NCBI GenBank assembly: GCA_963830865.1
Contig: CAWHNU010000007.1
Coordinates: 229,315-293,314 of the forward strand
Length of the DNA: 64,000 nt
Direction of reading: 5' to 3'
From: an uncultured Acidimicrobiales bacterium
Lineage (GTDB): Bacteria > Actinomycetota > Acidimicrobiia > Acidimicrobiales > VFJN01
The position numbers were made by a program, and so were the translations under genes. The notes under the pieces are model-generated. The model was not told the DNA's origin. It did no database searches and worked only from the letters and a program-made list of their open reading frames with translations. Below, one piece after another: positions 50,353 through 58,860 of this stretch; position 1 is the stretch's first letter; the number at the start of each line of letters is the position of its first letter.

Positions 50353-51702
50353 TCAGGCCGGGGCCCCGGCGTCCTGGACCCCGGCGCGCACCCGGGCCTC
50401 GGCGTGGGCGGCCGCGATGTCGGGCAGCACGAACTTGGCCGCCGTCGAGAGGATGAAGCCCGCCGCCAGGGCGATGGGCACGAGGAGGAGCATGGCCGGC
50501 TGGATGCCGTAGGCATCGGAGAACGCGCCGATCAGCGGGAGGAAGATGGCGACGCCGGGCACGGCGAACACGGCGATCGTCGTGAGGGCGGCGGAGCGCA
50601 CCCGCGGCGGCGACACGAGCGACAGCAGCGCGTAGAAGGCGGGGGCGAGCGTGCCGACCGACGCGGCCAGCAGCGCGTGCATGGCGATGGCCAGCCAGAG
50701 GCTGGGCGCGTACGCCAGGATGACCAGGCAGATGGCGTCGGCCACGCCGACGAGGCCGACGAAGCGCAGCAGGTAGCCGGGGTCCTTGACCGCCATCCGG
50801 GCGACCCAGGGCATGATGAGGAAGACGCCGGCGATCTGGAGCGGCTCGACGCCGGCGGCGATCCAGCCCCGCGCCAGGCTGTTGAGGTCGAACACGTCCT
50901 CGTACACGAGCGCCAGCAGCGTCTGCACGCCGAACAGCGCGACGCCCAGGAACGGGACCGCGAACCAGATCCGCCGGATGGTCCGCACCCGGGCGAGCGT
51001 GACCATCGTCGACCCGACCGACTCGGGCGCGTCCTCGACCTGCGCGGCCTCCTCGTCCAGCCCGGCGGCGCGCCGCTCGAAGACGCCGCGCACCGGCTCG
51101 TGCAGGCGCAACGCGAACAGCACCACGATGGCGGTCGGGACGGCGAACAGGATGAACGGCAGCCGCCAGCCGAAGAAGTAGGCGATGGTGCCCGCCAGGA
51201 TCGGCCCGAGGATCTGGCCGACCGAGTTGGCCTGGCGATGGACCGCGAACACCTTGACCCGGGTCTCGGGCGGGTACCAGTCGGCCAGCAGCGAGTTGTG
51301 GGTCGGCTCCACGACGGCCCGCCCGCCGCCGGCGCCGATCCGCATGACCACGAGCATGAGCGGCGTGAGCGCCAACCCGGTGCCGAGGGAGAACAGGCCC
51401 CACACCGCGGCGCCGACGGTGGCGATCCGGACGCGGTTGGCCCTGTCGCAATAGAACGAGAGCGGCACGGCGATGATCAGCACCGCGATGGTCGTCGTGG
51501 ACACGATGCTCAGCGCGCCGGCGTTGCTCAGCCCGAAGGCGTCGCGGATGTCCGGCAGCAGCACCGCGAACGCGGTGCGGTCGAGCTCGTCGACCGCGTT
51601 GAGCCCGAACAGCACGGCCAGCGGGAACACCGGCAGCCCGCCGGTGACGACCGAGGGCCGCCACGCCGCCGCCCACCCCCGAACAGACCCCAGCGCGCTC
51701 AT
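50353..51702 (-). CDS. MFS transporter
   Basis: About 12 hydrophobic segments; DRANRVRI, SLLADWYPPETR, FGWR. Confidence 0.88.
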   Translation of the reverse strand: MSALGSVRGWAAAWRPSVVTGGLPVFPLAVLFGLNAVDELDRTAFAVLLPDIRDAFGLSNAGALSIVSTTTIAVLIIAVPLSFYCDRANRVRIATVGAAVWGLFSLGTGLALTPLMLVVMRIGAGGGRAVVEPTHNSLLADWYPPETRVKVFAVHRQANSVGQILGPILAGTIAYFFGWRLPFILFAVPTAIVVLFALRLHEPVRGVFERRAAGLDEEAAQVEDAPESVGSTMVTLARVRTIRRIWFAVPFLGVALFGVQTLLALVYEDVFDLNSLARGWIAAGVEPLQIAGVFLIMPWVARMAVKDPGYLLRFVGLVGVADAICLVILAYAPSLWLAIAMHALLAASVGTLAPAFYALLSLVSPPRVRSAALTTIAVFAVPGVAIFLPLIGAFSDAYGIQPAMLLLVPIALAAGFILSTAAKFVLPDIAAAHAEARVRAGVQDAGAPA

Positions 51703-51748
51703 GGCGGGTCATCGTGCCACGCGGGGCGCGCGGCAGCCCACGGCGCGC

Positions 51749-51806
51749 TCGCGTTTTGTCCCTGGAAACGGTCGCCAGGGCGACCGTTTCCAGGGACAAA
51801 ACGCGA
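51749..51806. repeat. 58-bp palindrome (REP-like family B, full-length copy)
   Basis: TCGCGTTTTGTCCCTGGAAACGGTCGCC-AG-GGCGACCGTTTCCAGGGACAAAACGCGA, 28-bp perfect arms. Confidence 0.88.
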
Positions 51807-51816
51807 AAGATCGGCG

Positions 51817-52920
51817 TCAGGCCCGGTCGGCGGCCACGGCATCGAGGCTGGCGTACTCCTCGGACGTGTCGACCCAGTCCTCGAACTGGATGATGCCGAG
51901 CTCGGTGAACTTGGTCCGCAGCCAGCCGTCGCCGGCGTCGAGCAGGCCGAGCTTCTTGGCGTTGGGGACGATCTTCGAGAACAGCATCGTCTGGAACACC
52001 TGCTGGCCGGGGTCCTGGTTGGCGTTGAGGAAGGCGACCACCTTGCGCGGATCGGCGCCGAGCCGCTCCCACACGTCCTGGACCATGAACCGGTTGCGCA
52101 GCTGGACCGCGGCCTCGAAGGCGAACTCCTGGCGCTCGCGGATCTCCCGCGCGTCGAGGCCCTCGTAGAACTCCCTGAGCGACAGCACGCCGAAGGCCAC
52201 GTGACGGGCCTCGTCGCTCATGACGTAGCGCAGCAGCTGCTTGAGCAGCGGCTCGGTGGTCAACATGTGCATGAACCCGAAGGCGGCCAGCGCCAGGCCC
52301 TCGACCATGATCTGCATGCCCAGGTAGGTGATGTCCCAGCGGCCGTCGGCGATGATGCTGTCGAGCAGCGCGCCGAGCTGCGGGCTGATCGGGTAGGCGC
52401 CGTTGGTCTTGGACTCGATGTAGCGGGCGAACACCTCGACGTGACGGGCCTCGTCCATGACCTGGGTGGCCGCGTAGTACTTGGCGTCGATCCAGGGCAC
52501 GGTGGCGGTGATGAGGCCGGTGCAGACGAGCGCACCCTGCTCGCCGTGGAGGAACTGCGACAGCACGGCCGTCTGCATCTCGATGCTGAACGCCTTCCAC
52601 TCGGCGTCGCCCCAGTGGGCGAGCGGCGAGCCCTCGGCCTGGCGGAGCACCATGAAGCGCTGGTTCTGGGCGGCGGACTCCTCGGCGAGGCGGTCCCAGT
52701 CGACCTCGGTGTCCCAGGGCAGGTCGGTGGTGGCGTTCCACTGGGAGGTCTTGGCCTTCTCGTAGAGCTTCACCAGGGCGGTGCGGCTGCGCTCGTAGTC
52801 CCAGGTGAACAGCACGTCGCTGTGCAGGTCGATCTCGTGGAGCACCGCGTCGACGAGCGCAGGGTCGCGCGCGACGACGATGGCGTCGGGGCTGTTCACG
52901 TCATGGTCGGCGACGGTCAC
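51817..52920 (-). CDS. Ferritin-like diiron protein (AurF-like fold)
   Basis: HGEQGA, DEARH twice, VEGLA. Confidence 0.82.
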   Translation of the reverse strand: MTVADHDVNSPDAIVVARDPALVDAVLHEIDLHSDVLFTWDYERSRTALVKLYEKAKTSQWNATTDLPWDTEVDWDRLAEESAAQNQRFMVLRQAEGSPLAHWGDAEWKAFSIEMQTAVLSQFLHGEQGALVCTGLITATVPWIDAKYYAATQVMDEARHVEVFARYIESKTNGAYPISPQLGALLDSIIADGRWDITYLGMQIMVEGLALAAFGFMHMLTTEPLLKQLLRYVMSDEARHVAFGVLSLREFYEGLDAREIRERQEFAFEAAVQLRNRFMVQDVWERLGADPRKVVAFLNANQDPGQQVFQTMLFSKIVPNAKKLGLLDAGDGWLRTKFTELGIIQFEDWVDTSEEYASLDAVAADRA

Positions 52921-53525
52921 GGGTTCGTCTCCTGGCTGAAGGCGCCGACCAGGCGGCGCATGAAGGCGGTCCACTCGGCGGGGTCGGTCTCGGGCATGTC
53001 GAGGCTGCGGACCAGCATCGACCCGAGGCTGAGCATGAGGGCGAAGCGCGCGGCGGCGTCGGCCGACACGTCGCCGACCAGCTCGCCGGCGTCCTGCCCG
53101 GCCGCGATGAGGGCGGCCATGCCCCGCTCGCGCTCGCCGAGCGCGGTGGCGAGCACCTGCGCGAGCTCGGCGTCGCGCCGCGAGCTGAGCAGCGCCTCGA
53201 CGAGCAACCCGGCGTCCTCGTGCTCGCGCGTGCCGAGCCGGGCGCCGAGCGCGGAGAGCAGGGTGGGGACGTCGGCGGAGGCGCCGGGCGGCAGCACCGA
53301 GGCGGTGACCCGCTCGCTGTGCGCCCGCAGGGCGTCGACCAGCAGCTCGGCCTTGTTGGCGTAGTGCGCGTAGATGGCCCCGCTGGACACCCCGGCCTCC
53401 CGGGCGATCTGCGCCACGGTCGCGCCCTCGTACCCCTTGAGCTCGAACACCCGCGCCGCCGCATCCAGCAGCCGCTCACGCGTCTCCTCGGGGGTGACCC
53501 CGGCGATCCGTCCCACGCCGGCCAA
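52917..53525 (-). CDS. TetR family regulator
   Basis: ATVAQIAREAGVSSGAIYAHY. Confidence 0.9.
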   Translation of the reverse strand: MAGVGRIAGVTPEETRERLLDAAARVFELKGYEGATVAQIAREAGVSSGAIYAHYANKAELLVDALRAHSERVTASVLPPGASADVPTLLSALGARLGTREHEDAGLLVEALLSSRRDAELAQVLATALGERERGMAALIAAGQDAGELVGDVSADAAARFALMLSLGSMLVRSLDMPETDPAEWTAFMRRLVGAFSQETNP

Positions 53526-53528
53526 GAT

Positions 53529-53546
53529 AAAGAACGATCGTTATTT
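53529..53546. promoter_or_regulatory. Palindromic operator in front of tetR
   Basis: AAAGAACGATCGTTATTT. Confidence 0.55.
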
Positions 53547-54533
53547 GGTCAACATCTCCAGCACGATCTTGCCGACCGCCTCGTTGGACCGCATGCGGTC
53601 GGCGGCCTCCTGGGCGCGGTCGAAGGGGACGATCCGGTCGATGATCGGGCGGACGCGACCGTCGGCGATCGTCGGTAGGGCCTCGCGGGTGACGGCGGCG
53701 TAGACCTCAGCTCGCTCCTCCGCCGTGCGGATGCTGAACGTCGTGCCCTGGACGCGCAGCCGGCGGAACGCGAGCTGGTCGAGGTCGACGCTGGCCCGGG
53801 GGCCGGCCAGGCGGCCGACGTTGACGATCGTGCCCTGGATCCGGGTGGCCGGCAGCAGGTCGCCGAAGCGCTCGCCGCCGACGTGGTCGATCACCACGTC
53901 GGCTCCCCGGCCGTCCGTCGCCGCCGCGACCGCCGCCGCCAGGTCCTCGGTGACCGGGTCCACCACCAGGTCCGCGCCCACCGCACGCAGGGAATCGGCC
54001 TTGGCCGGGGTCGTCGTGGTGGCGACGACCAGCGACGCGCCCAGCGCCTTGGCCAGCTGCACCCCGAGCATCCCGACGCCCGACGTGGCGCCGACCACGA
54101 CGACCCGGTCGCCCGGGCGGAACCCCGCCTGCGTGAGGGCGTCGTGCTCCGTCGAGACCGCCACCGGCAGCGCGCCCGTGTCCGTCCAGGACAGCCCAGC
54201 CGGCACGGGCATCAGGTGGCGGTGGTCGACCACCGCGTACGCCGCGAACGATCCGGGCGTCGCGGCCATCGCCCGGTCGCCGGCCGACACGCCGCGCACG
54301 CCCTCCCCGACGGCCGCGACCTCGCCGGCCAGCTCGAGGCCTGCGGTGTACTCGCCGCGGGCCCGGCCTCCCGGGTTGTACCCGCCCCGCAGCATCGCCA
54401 GGTCGGCCCGGTTGAGCCCCGCCGCCCGCACCCGGACCAGGACCTGGCCCGGGCCGGGCTCGGGGATGTCGACCGTGCGCAGCTCCCAGTCCGGGCCCGC
54501 CCCTCCGACCAGCGCCGGCATCGTTCCTTCCAT
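53541..54533 (-). CDS. MDR-family NADPH:quinone oxidoreductase-like protein
   Basis: AAGLNRAD, GLELAG, GATSGVG, GKIVL. Confidence 0.88.
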   Translation of the reverse strand: MEGTMPALVGGAGPDWELRTVDIPEPGPGQVLVRVRAAGLNRADLAMLRGGYNPGGRARGEYTAGLELAGEVAAVGEGVRGVSAGDRAMAATPGSFAAYAVVDHRHLMPVPAGLSWTDTGALPVAVSTEHDALTQAGFRPGDRVVVVGATSGVGMLGVQLAKALGASLVVATTTTPAKADSLRAVGADLVVDPVTEDLAAAVAAATDGRGADVVIDHVGGERFGDLLPATRIQGTIVNVGRLAGPRASVDLDQLAFRRLRVQGTTFSIRTAEERAEVYAAVTREALPTIADGRVRPIIDRIVPFDRAQEAADRMRSNEAVGKIVLEMLTK

Positions 54534-54574
54534 CGGTCCTCCTCCGCTCCCGTCGACCGGCCAAGCTAGGGCCC

Positions 54575-55409
54575 GTGCGCGAGCACCGGGTGCGGGCCCA
54601 CAACACCGCCACGGCGTCGGCCAACCGGATCCACGACGACGCGGTGGCGCGGGAGTACGGGTTCGGCGGCGGGCTCGTGCCCGGCGTGGACGTCTACGCG
54701 TACATGACCCACATCCCGGCCGAGGCCTGGGGCGGGGACTGGCTGGCGCGGGGCACGATGCGGGCCCGCCTGCTCGCCCCGGTGTACGACGGCGCGGAGA
54801 TCGTCGTCGTTCCGGGCGAGCCGGTGGCCGGCCGGGACGGCGAGACCACCATGGCGCTGGAGGTGCGCAACGCGGCCGGCGAGCTGTGCGCCGCCGGCGA
54901 GGCCGGGCTGCCCGACCCCGACGTCGCCTCCGCCTGCGCCCCGGTCCCCGGGCCTGGACGAGCGCTGGCCTCGGGTCGAGCCGGCGGCCGTGCCCCCGGC
55001 CGCCTCGCCCGCGGCCCTGACGCCGGGGACGCCGCTGGCGCTGGCGCCCCACCGGTTCGTGGCCGACCGAGCGGGCGAGTACCTCGACGACGTGCGCGAG
55101 ACGCTGCCCCTGTACCGCGACGAGCGGCTCGCGCACCCCGGCTGGCTCCTGCGGGACGCCAACTACGTGCTGTCCCACAACGTCGTGCTCGGGCCGTGGA
55201 TCCACGTCGAGTCGGTCGTGTGGCACCGCGCAGCCGTGGCCGACGGCGACCGGGTCGAGACCCGGGCGACCGTCACCCGCGAGTGGGAGCACAAGGGCCA
55301 CCGGTTCGTCGAGCTCGACGTGGGGATCTTCGCGGGGTCGGACCGGCTGGCGGCCCACGTCGCGCACACCGCCATCTACCGCCCGCGGCGGGACCGTGGC
55401 CGGGGCTGA
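54575..55409 (+). CDS. Double hot-dog (MaoC-like) protein, frameshift near 54960
   Basis: NRIHDDAVAREYGFGGGLVPG; LGPWIHVES; KGHRFVELDV. Confidence 0.65.
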
Positions 55410-55437
55410 TCCATGCGATCCCCCCAGCGGAGAGCCC

Positions 55438-55839
55438 TTAGCGATCTCGGCGGGTCTGCTCGTGCTGTGGTGAGGCGTCGGCGAAGGCGCAGCGACCGTT
55501 GTCGCACGCGGTCATCACGTCCTGGACGTGGCGGCGGGTGGCTTGGAGCTCGGCGATCCTGTCGTCGATGCGGTCGAGGACGGTTTCGAGCCGCCAGCGC
55601 TCCGATGCGCAACTGACCTCGCCATGGTCGGTGGCGTGGAGCGCATCGATGACCTCGTCGAGCGTGAGCCCCAACTGTTGCAGCCGCCGCGCCAGGCGGA
55701 TGCGTGCCACCGTCGCCGGCGTGTAGGTGCGATACCCCGAGGCCGTCCGCTCCGGCGGCGGCAGCACGCCCCGGCGTTCATAGAACCGCACCGTGTCGAT
55801 GCTGACCTCGGCGAGGTCGGCGACCTGTCCGATCTTCAC
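55438..55839 (-). CDS. MerR-family regulator with three C-terminal cysteines
   Basis: KIGQVA..VSIDTVRFYERRGVL..R..SGYR.Y; SCAS, ACDNGRC. Confidence 0.9.
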   Translation of the reverse strand: MKIGQVADLAEVSIDTVRFYERRGVLPPPERTASGYRTYTPATVARIRLARRLQQLGLTLDEVIDALHATDHGEVSCASERWRLETVLDRIDDRIAELQATRRHVQDVMTACDNGRCAFADASPQHEQTRRDR

Positions 55840-55850
55840 GCCGTCACCCC

Positions 55851-55882
55851 TTGACTCTGGACTCGACTCCAGACTCTATCGT
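55851..55882 (+). promoter_or_regulatory. MerR-type promoter 1
   Basis: TTGACT-20 bp-TATCGT with a TCTGGA..TCCAGA dyad. Confidence 0.75.
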
Positions 55883-55888
55883 CCGGTC

Positions 55889-56356
55889 ATGACTGAGATG
55901 ACCGATCAGACCAGCGGTGCGACACCGCCGATCGTCTGCGACATGACCGAGGCTCCCGACACCGCGACCGAACGGCTCGCCGAATACGAGCGGCTCTTCA
56001 CCGCCGCGTTGGTGGGCCGCGAGCGTGTCGGCGACGGCATCCGCTTCCGGTTCCGGGCCGAACCGGGCCTCGAGGATTGGGTCCGGGACCTGGCCGGGAG
56101 GGAGAAGGCCTGCTGCGCGTTCTTCACCTTCGACATCACCACCCATGACGGCGAGGTGTGGATGGACGCGTGGGTCGTCGACGACGACCTCGCCCGCCAG
56201 ATTCTCGACGAGTACTACCGCCTGCCCGACAACCTCGCCGACGGCGCCGCCGCGCTGTTCGACCGGTTCACCGAGCAGGGCCTGCAGGTCGTGATCCGTG
56301 ACCAGGGTGTGCTGCGCCCGGCCACCCCCGCCGACCACGGCTGGTCCGAGGACTGA
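55889..56356 (+). CDS. Hypothetical protein with N-terminal C and EKACCAFFTF motif
   Basis: Clean ORF 6 nt after the -10; vicinal cysteines. Confidence 0.75.
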   Translation: MTEMTDQTSGATPPIVCDMTEAPDTATERLAEYERLFTAALVGRERVGDGIRFRFRAEPGLEDWVRDLAGREKACCAFFTFDITTHDGEVWMDAWVVDDDLARQILDEYYRLPDNLADGAAALFDRFTEQGLQVVIRDQGVLRPATPADHGWSED

Positions 56357-56421
56357 CGGGCACCCGTCGATCTGCCCCGACTTCTGAGCAGGGCATTTTG
56401 CGACGTCTTCCTCGATCGGGC

Positions 56422-56453
56422 TTGACCTTCATCTCGACTCGAAGGCGTACGGT
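56422..56453 (+). promoter_or_regulatory. MerR-type promoter 2
   Basis: TTGACC-20 bp-TACGGT, CCTTC..GAAGG dyad, same CTCGACTC core as promoter 1. Confidence 0.7.
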
Positions 56454-56460
56454 CGCCACC

Positions 56461-56992
56461 ATGCGCGGCCGGGTGCCTCAGCGCGGTCATCGCCGTTCTC
56501 CTGATCGTCGCCGCTGGGCTGTTCGTCATCGGTGTGGCAGCCGAGGACGACGCTGACACCCACAGCGACGAAGGCACCGCCCAGGCCGGCGAACACGACG
56601 AGGCCACGGAGTCCGCGGAGGCGATCGAAGCCGAGGCTGCGGAGCGCTCGACGAGCGAAGCCGAACGGTCAGAGTCAGACGGAGACGACGAGCGGCTGCT
56701 CGGCATCGACATCGAGTCTCCCGTCCTCGTGACGGCAGCCGTCGTCGCGTCCCTGCTGCTCGCCGGACTGGTGTGGCGCCGCCGGGACCGCCGGTTGCTC
56801 CTCGTCATCGCCGTCGTCGCGGCGGGCTTCGCGGTGCTCGATGCCGCCGAGGTCGCCCACCAGCTCGACGAAGACCACACCGGGCTCGCCCTCCTCGCCG
56901 GGCTCATCGCCGCTCTCCACGCCGCCGCCGCAGCCCTCGCCCTCCACCAGGCCACAACCGCGGACGCGGCCCGCGAAACTGTGACCTCGTGA
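56461..56992 (+). CDS. Membrane protein with an acidic/His loop; probable frameshift near 56470
   Basis: N-terminal TM, E/D-rich linker, three further TM segments. Confidence 0.65.
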
Positions 56993-57603
56993 CCGACTCC
57001 TCCCCCGAGCACTGGGAGCGCCGCTACCAGACGGCCGGGGCCACGGGCGTGCCGTGGTACCAGGAGCATGCGGCGACGTCGATCGCCCTGATGGACGCGG
57101 TCGGCCGGACGCCGGAGTGGGCCGTCCTGGACGTGGGCGGCGGGGCGTCCAGGTTGGTCGACGACCTGCTGGCGTCGGGCCAGCGGGACGTGACGGTCCT
57201 GGACGTGTCGGCGACGGCCCTGAACCTGGCGAGGGGCCGGCTGGACGATCCGCCCGAGGTCACGTGGATCGCGGCCGACCTGCTCACGTGGCGGCCCGAC
57301 CGGCAGCGGGACCTGTGGCACGACCGGGCGGTGCTCCATTTCCTGGTCGACGAGGCCGAGCGGGCGACGTACGTCGCCCAGCTGCGCCGGGCCGTCCGCA
57401 CAGGAGGGGCGTTCGTCATCGGCACGTTCGCCGAGGACGGCCCCACCCGCTGTTCGGGCCTGCCGGTCCGCCGCTACGCGGCGTCCGACCTGGTCGACCT
57501 CCTGGGCGAGGTGACGGTGACGGAGACCCGCCAGGAGGTCCACTCCACCCCGGCGGGCGCCGCCCAGCCGTTCACGTGGGTCGCCGGCCGCCTGGCGCCC
57601 TGA
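56989..57603 (+). CDS. Class I SAM-dependent methyltransferase
   Basis: HWERRY, VLDVGGGAS, WHDRAVLHFL, GPTRCSGL. Confidence 0.88.
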   Translation: MTDSSPEHWERRYQTAGATGVPWYQEHAATSIALMDAVGRTPEWAVLDVGGGASRLVDDLLASGQRDVTVLDVSATALNLARGRLDDPPEVTWIAADLLTWRPDRQRDLWHDRAVLHFLVDEAERATYVAQLRRAVRTGGAFVIGTFAEDGPTRCSGLPVRRYAASDLVDLLGEVTVTETRQEVHSTPAGAAQPFTWVAGRLAP

Positions 57604-57608
57604 CCGCG

Positions 57609-57734
57609 TCAGTCGATGACGTTGAAGGTGATGCCCGCCATGACGGCGTACTCCACCGCGGTCGGCATCAACGCCACGACGCCGAGCGCCATTACGAACA
57701 AACCGACCCACGCAAGATGCAGTCGCTTGGCCAT
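57609..57734 (-). CDS. 41-aa small peptide with a signal-like N-terminus (not in the ORF track)
   Basis: AAGGAG RBS 7 nt before ATG; MAKRLHLAWVGLFVMALGVVALMPTAVEYAVMAGITFNVID. Confidence 0.65.
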   Translation of the reverse strand: MAKRLHLAWVGLFVMALGVVALMPTAVEYAVMAGITFNVID

Positions 57735-57810
57735 GTCCGTGCTCCTTCCACGGCGGCCACCTGCCGCCCTGGGGGTACTTCGGGCGCGGGCCTCGTGGGA
57801 TGACCCGAGC

Positions 57811-57843
57811 TTTTGTCCGCTGGAGCGGTCGCCAGTAGCGACC
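57811..57843. repeat. Partial REP-like family B copy
   Basis: TTTTGTCCGCTGGAGCGGTCGCCAGTAGCGACC resembles the left arm and core of the 51749 copy. Confidence 0.6.
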
Positions 57844-57848
57844 CCGGC

Positions 57849-58028
57849 TCAGAGGCTCACCAGCAGGTGGCCGGGCAGCGCCGGGTCGAGCCCGGCGTCG
57901 ACGGCCGCGAGGGCGGCCCGCAGGGCGGCGACCTCGTCGCCGCCGTAGCGGTCGGCCCAGGCGGACTCCGCACCCGTGAGGTCGCGGAGGGACAGGGCCA
58001 GCATCGCCGGCAGCGGGGATGGCGGCAT
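57849..58028 (-). CDS. Possible 59-aa hypothetical protein or gene remnant
   Basis: High-GC3 ORF MPPSPLPAML..ESAWADRYGGDEVAALRAAL.. Confidence 0.35.
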   Translation of the reverse strand: MPPSPLPAMLALSLRDLTGAESAWADRYGGDEVAALRAALAAVDAGLDPALPGHLLVSL

Positions 58029-58070
58029 GGCGCCGAACCTACGCCGCCGCCCGGCGACCCCGGCGGCTGC

Positions 58071-58793
58071 TCAGGCGTCGACGAAGCACTCGGTGGCCAC
58101 CCACCGGCGGTAGCGATCCGGCGTCAGCGCCGCCTCCAGGGGCCCGGTCTGGCTGGCGTGCGCCCGCAGCGCGCGGATCTTCGCGTCGAGCAGGTCGCCG
58201 TCCAGGTGAAGGGCGGCCGCCAGGTCGGACTCGGCATGGACCGCCGGCAGGCCGTCCTCGTAGACGCCGAACCGGGCCTGCACGTCCTCACCCTCGTCCG
58301 CCATCGCCGCCGTGAGCGTGGCGTGCAGCAGCCGGGGCCGGTCGCCGTTGCGCCCGGCGAGGGCGGCAGTCACCCAGGCCGACACCGCCCGGTGGTCGCG
58401 ATGGCCGGTGTACCCGTCGGGGCCGAAGGTGACCACCGTGTCGGGGGCGCGGTCCGCGACCAGCGCGGCGATCGTCGCCGCCGGGCCCGCCGGGTCGAGC
58501 GCGGCACAGCCGCCGTCCGGCAGCCCGAGCACCACCCGGTCGCGGACGCCGAGTGCGGCCAGCGCGTCGTCCAGCTCCTCCTCCCGGCGCCAGGCGACCT
58601 CGGCCTCCAGGTCGCGAGGCCCGCCGCGCTCGCCGCTGGTGGCGATCACGCAGGTGACACGGGCGCCGGAGGCGACGGCTGCGGCCATCAGACCCCCGGC
58701 CAGGTAGCTCTCGTCGTCGGGGTGCGCCCACACCGTGAGCAGGTCGCCGAGGCTCCCCGTCGTGGCGGCGTCGATGGCTGCGGCTCGGTCCAT
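58071..58793 (-). CDS. PIG-L/LmbE family deacetylase
   Basis: WAHPDDESY, TSGERG, GYTGHRDH, AHASQ. Confidence 0.9.
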   Translation of the reverse strand: MDRAAAIDAATTGSLGDLLTVWAHPDDESYLAGGLMAAAVASGARVTCVIATSGERGGPRDLEAEVAWRREEELDDALAALGVRDRVVLGLPDGGCAALDPAGPAATIAALVADRAPDTVVTFGPDGYTGHRDHRAVSAWVTAALAGRNGDRPRLLHATLTAAMADEGEDVQARFGVYEDGLPAVHAESDLAAALHLDGDLLDAKIRALRAHASQTGPLEAALTPDRYRRWVATECFVDA

Positions 58794-58799
58794 GCGCTC

Positions 58800-58831
58800 A
58801 TCGTCGGCCGCCGCGCTCACGGGAGGCTCAC
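58800..58831 (-). promoter_or_regulatory. SARP-type direct repeats plus candidate -10 of the PIG-L gene
   Basis: GTGAGC twice at 11-bp spacing, 9 nt, GACGAT, 6 nt, ATG. Confidence 0.65.
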
Positions 58832-58860
58832 AGCCGATCGCGCGTATGCTCCCCCCGCAC

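Noticed and set aside
57609-57734. Flp/Tad pilin gene
   Set aside because: No Gly cleavage site, the hydrophobic stretch precedes rather than follows the EY motif, and there are no tad genes nearby
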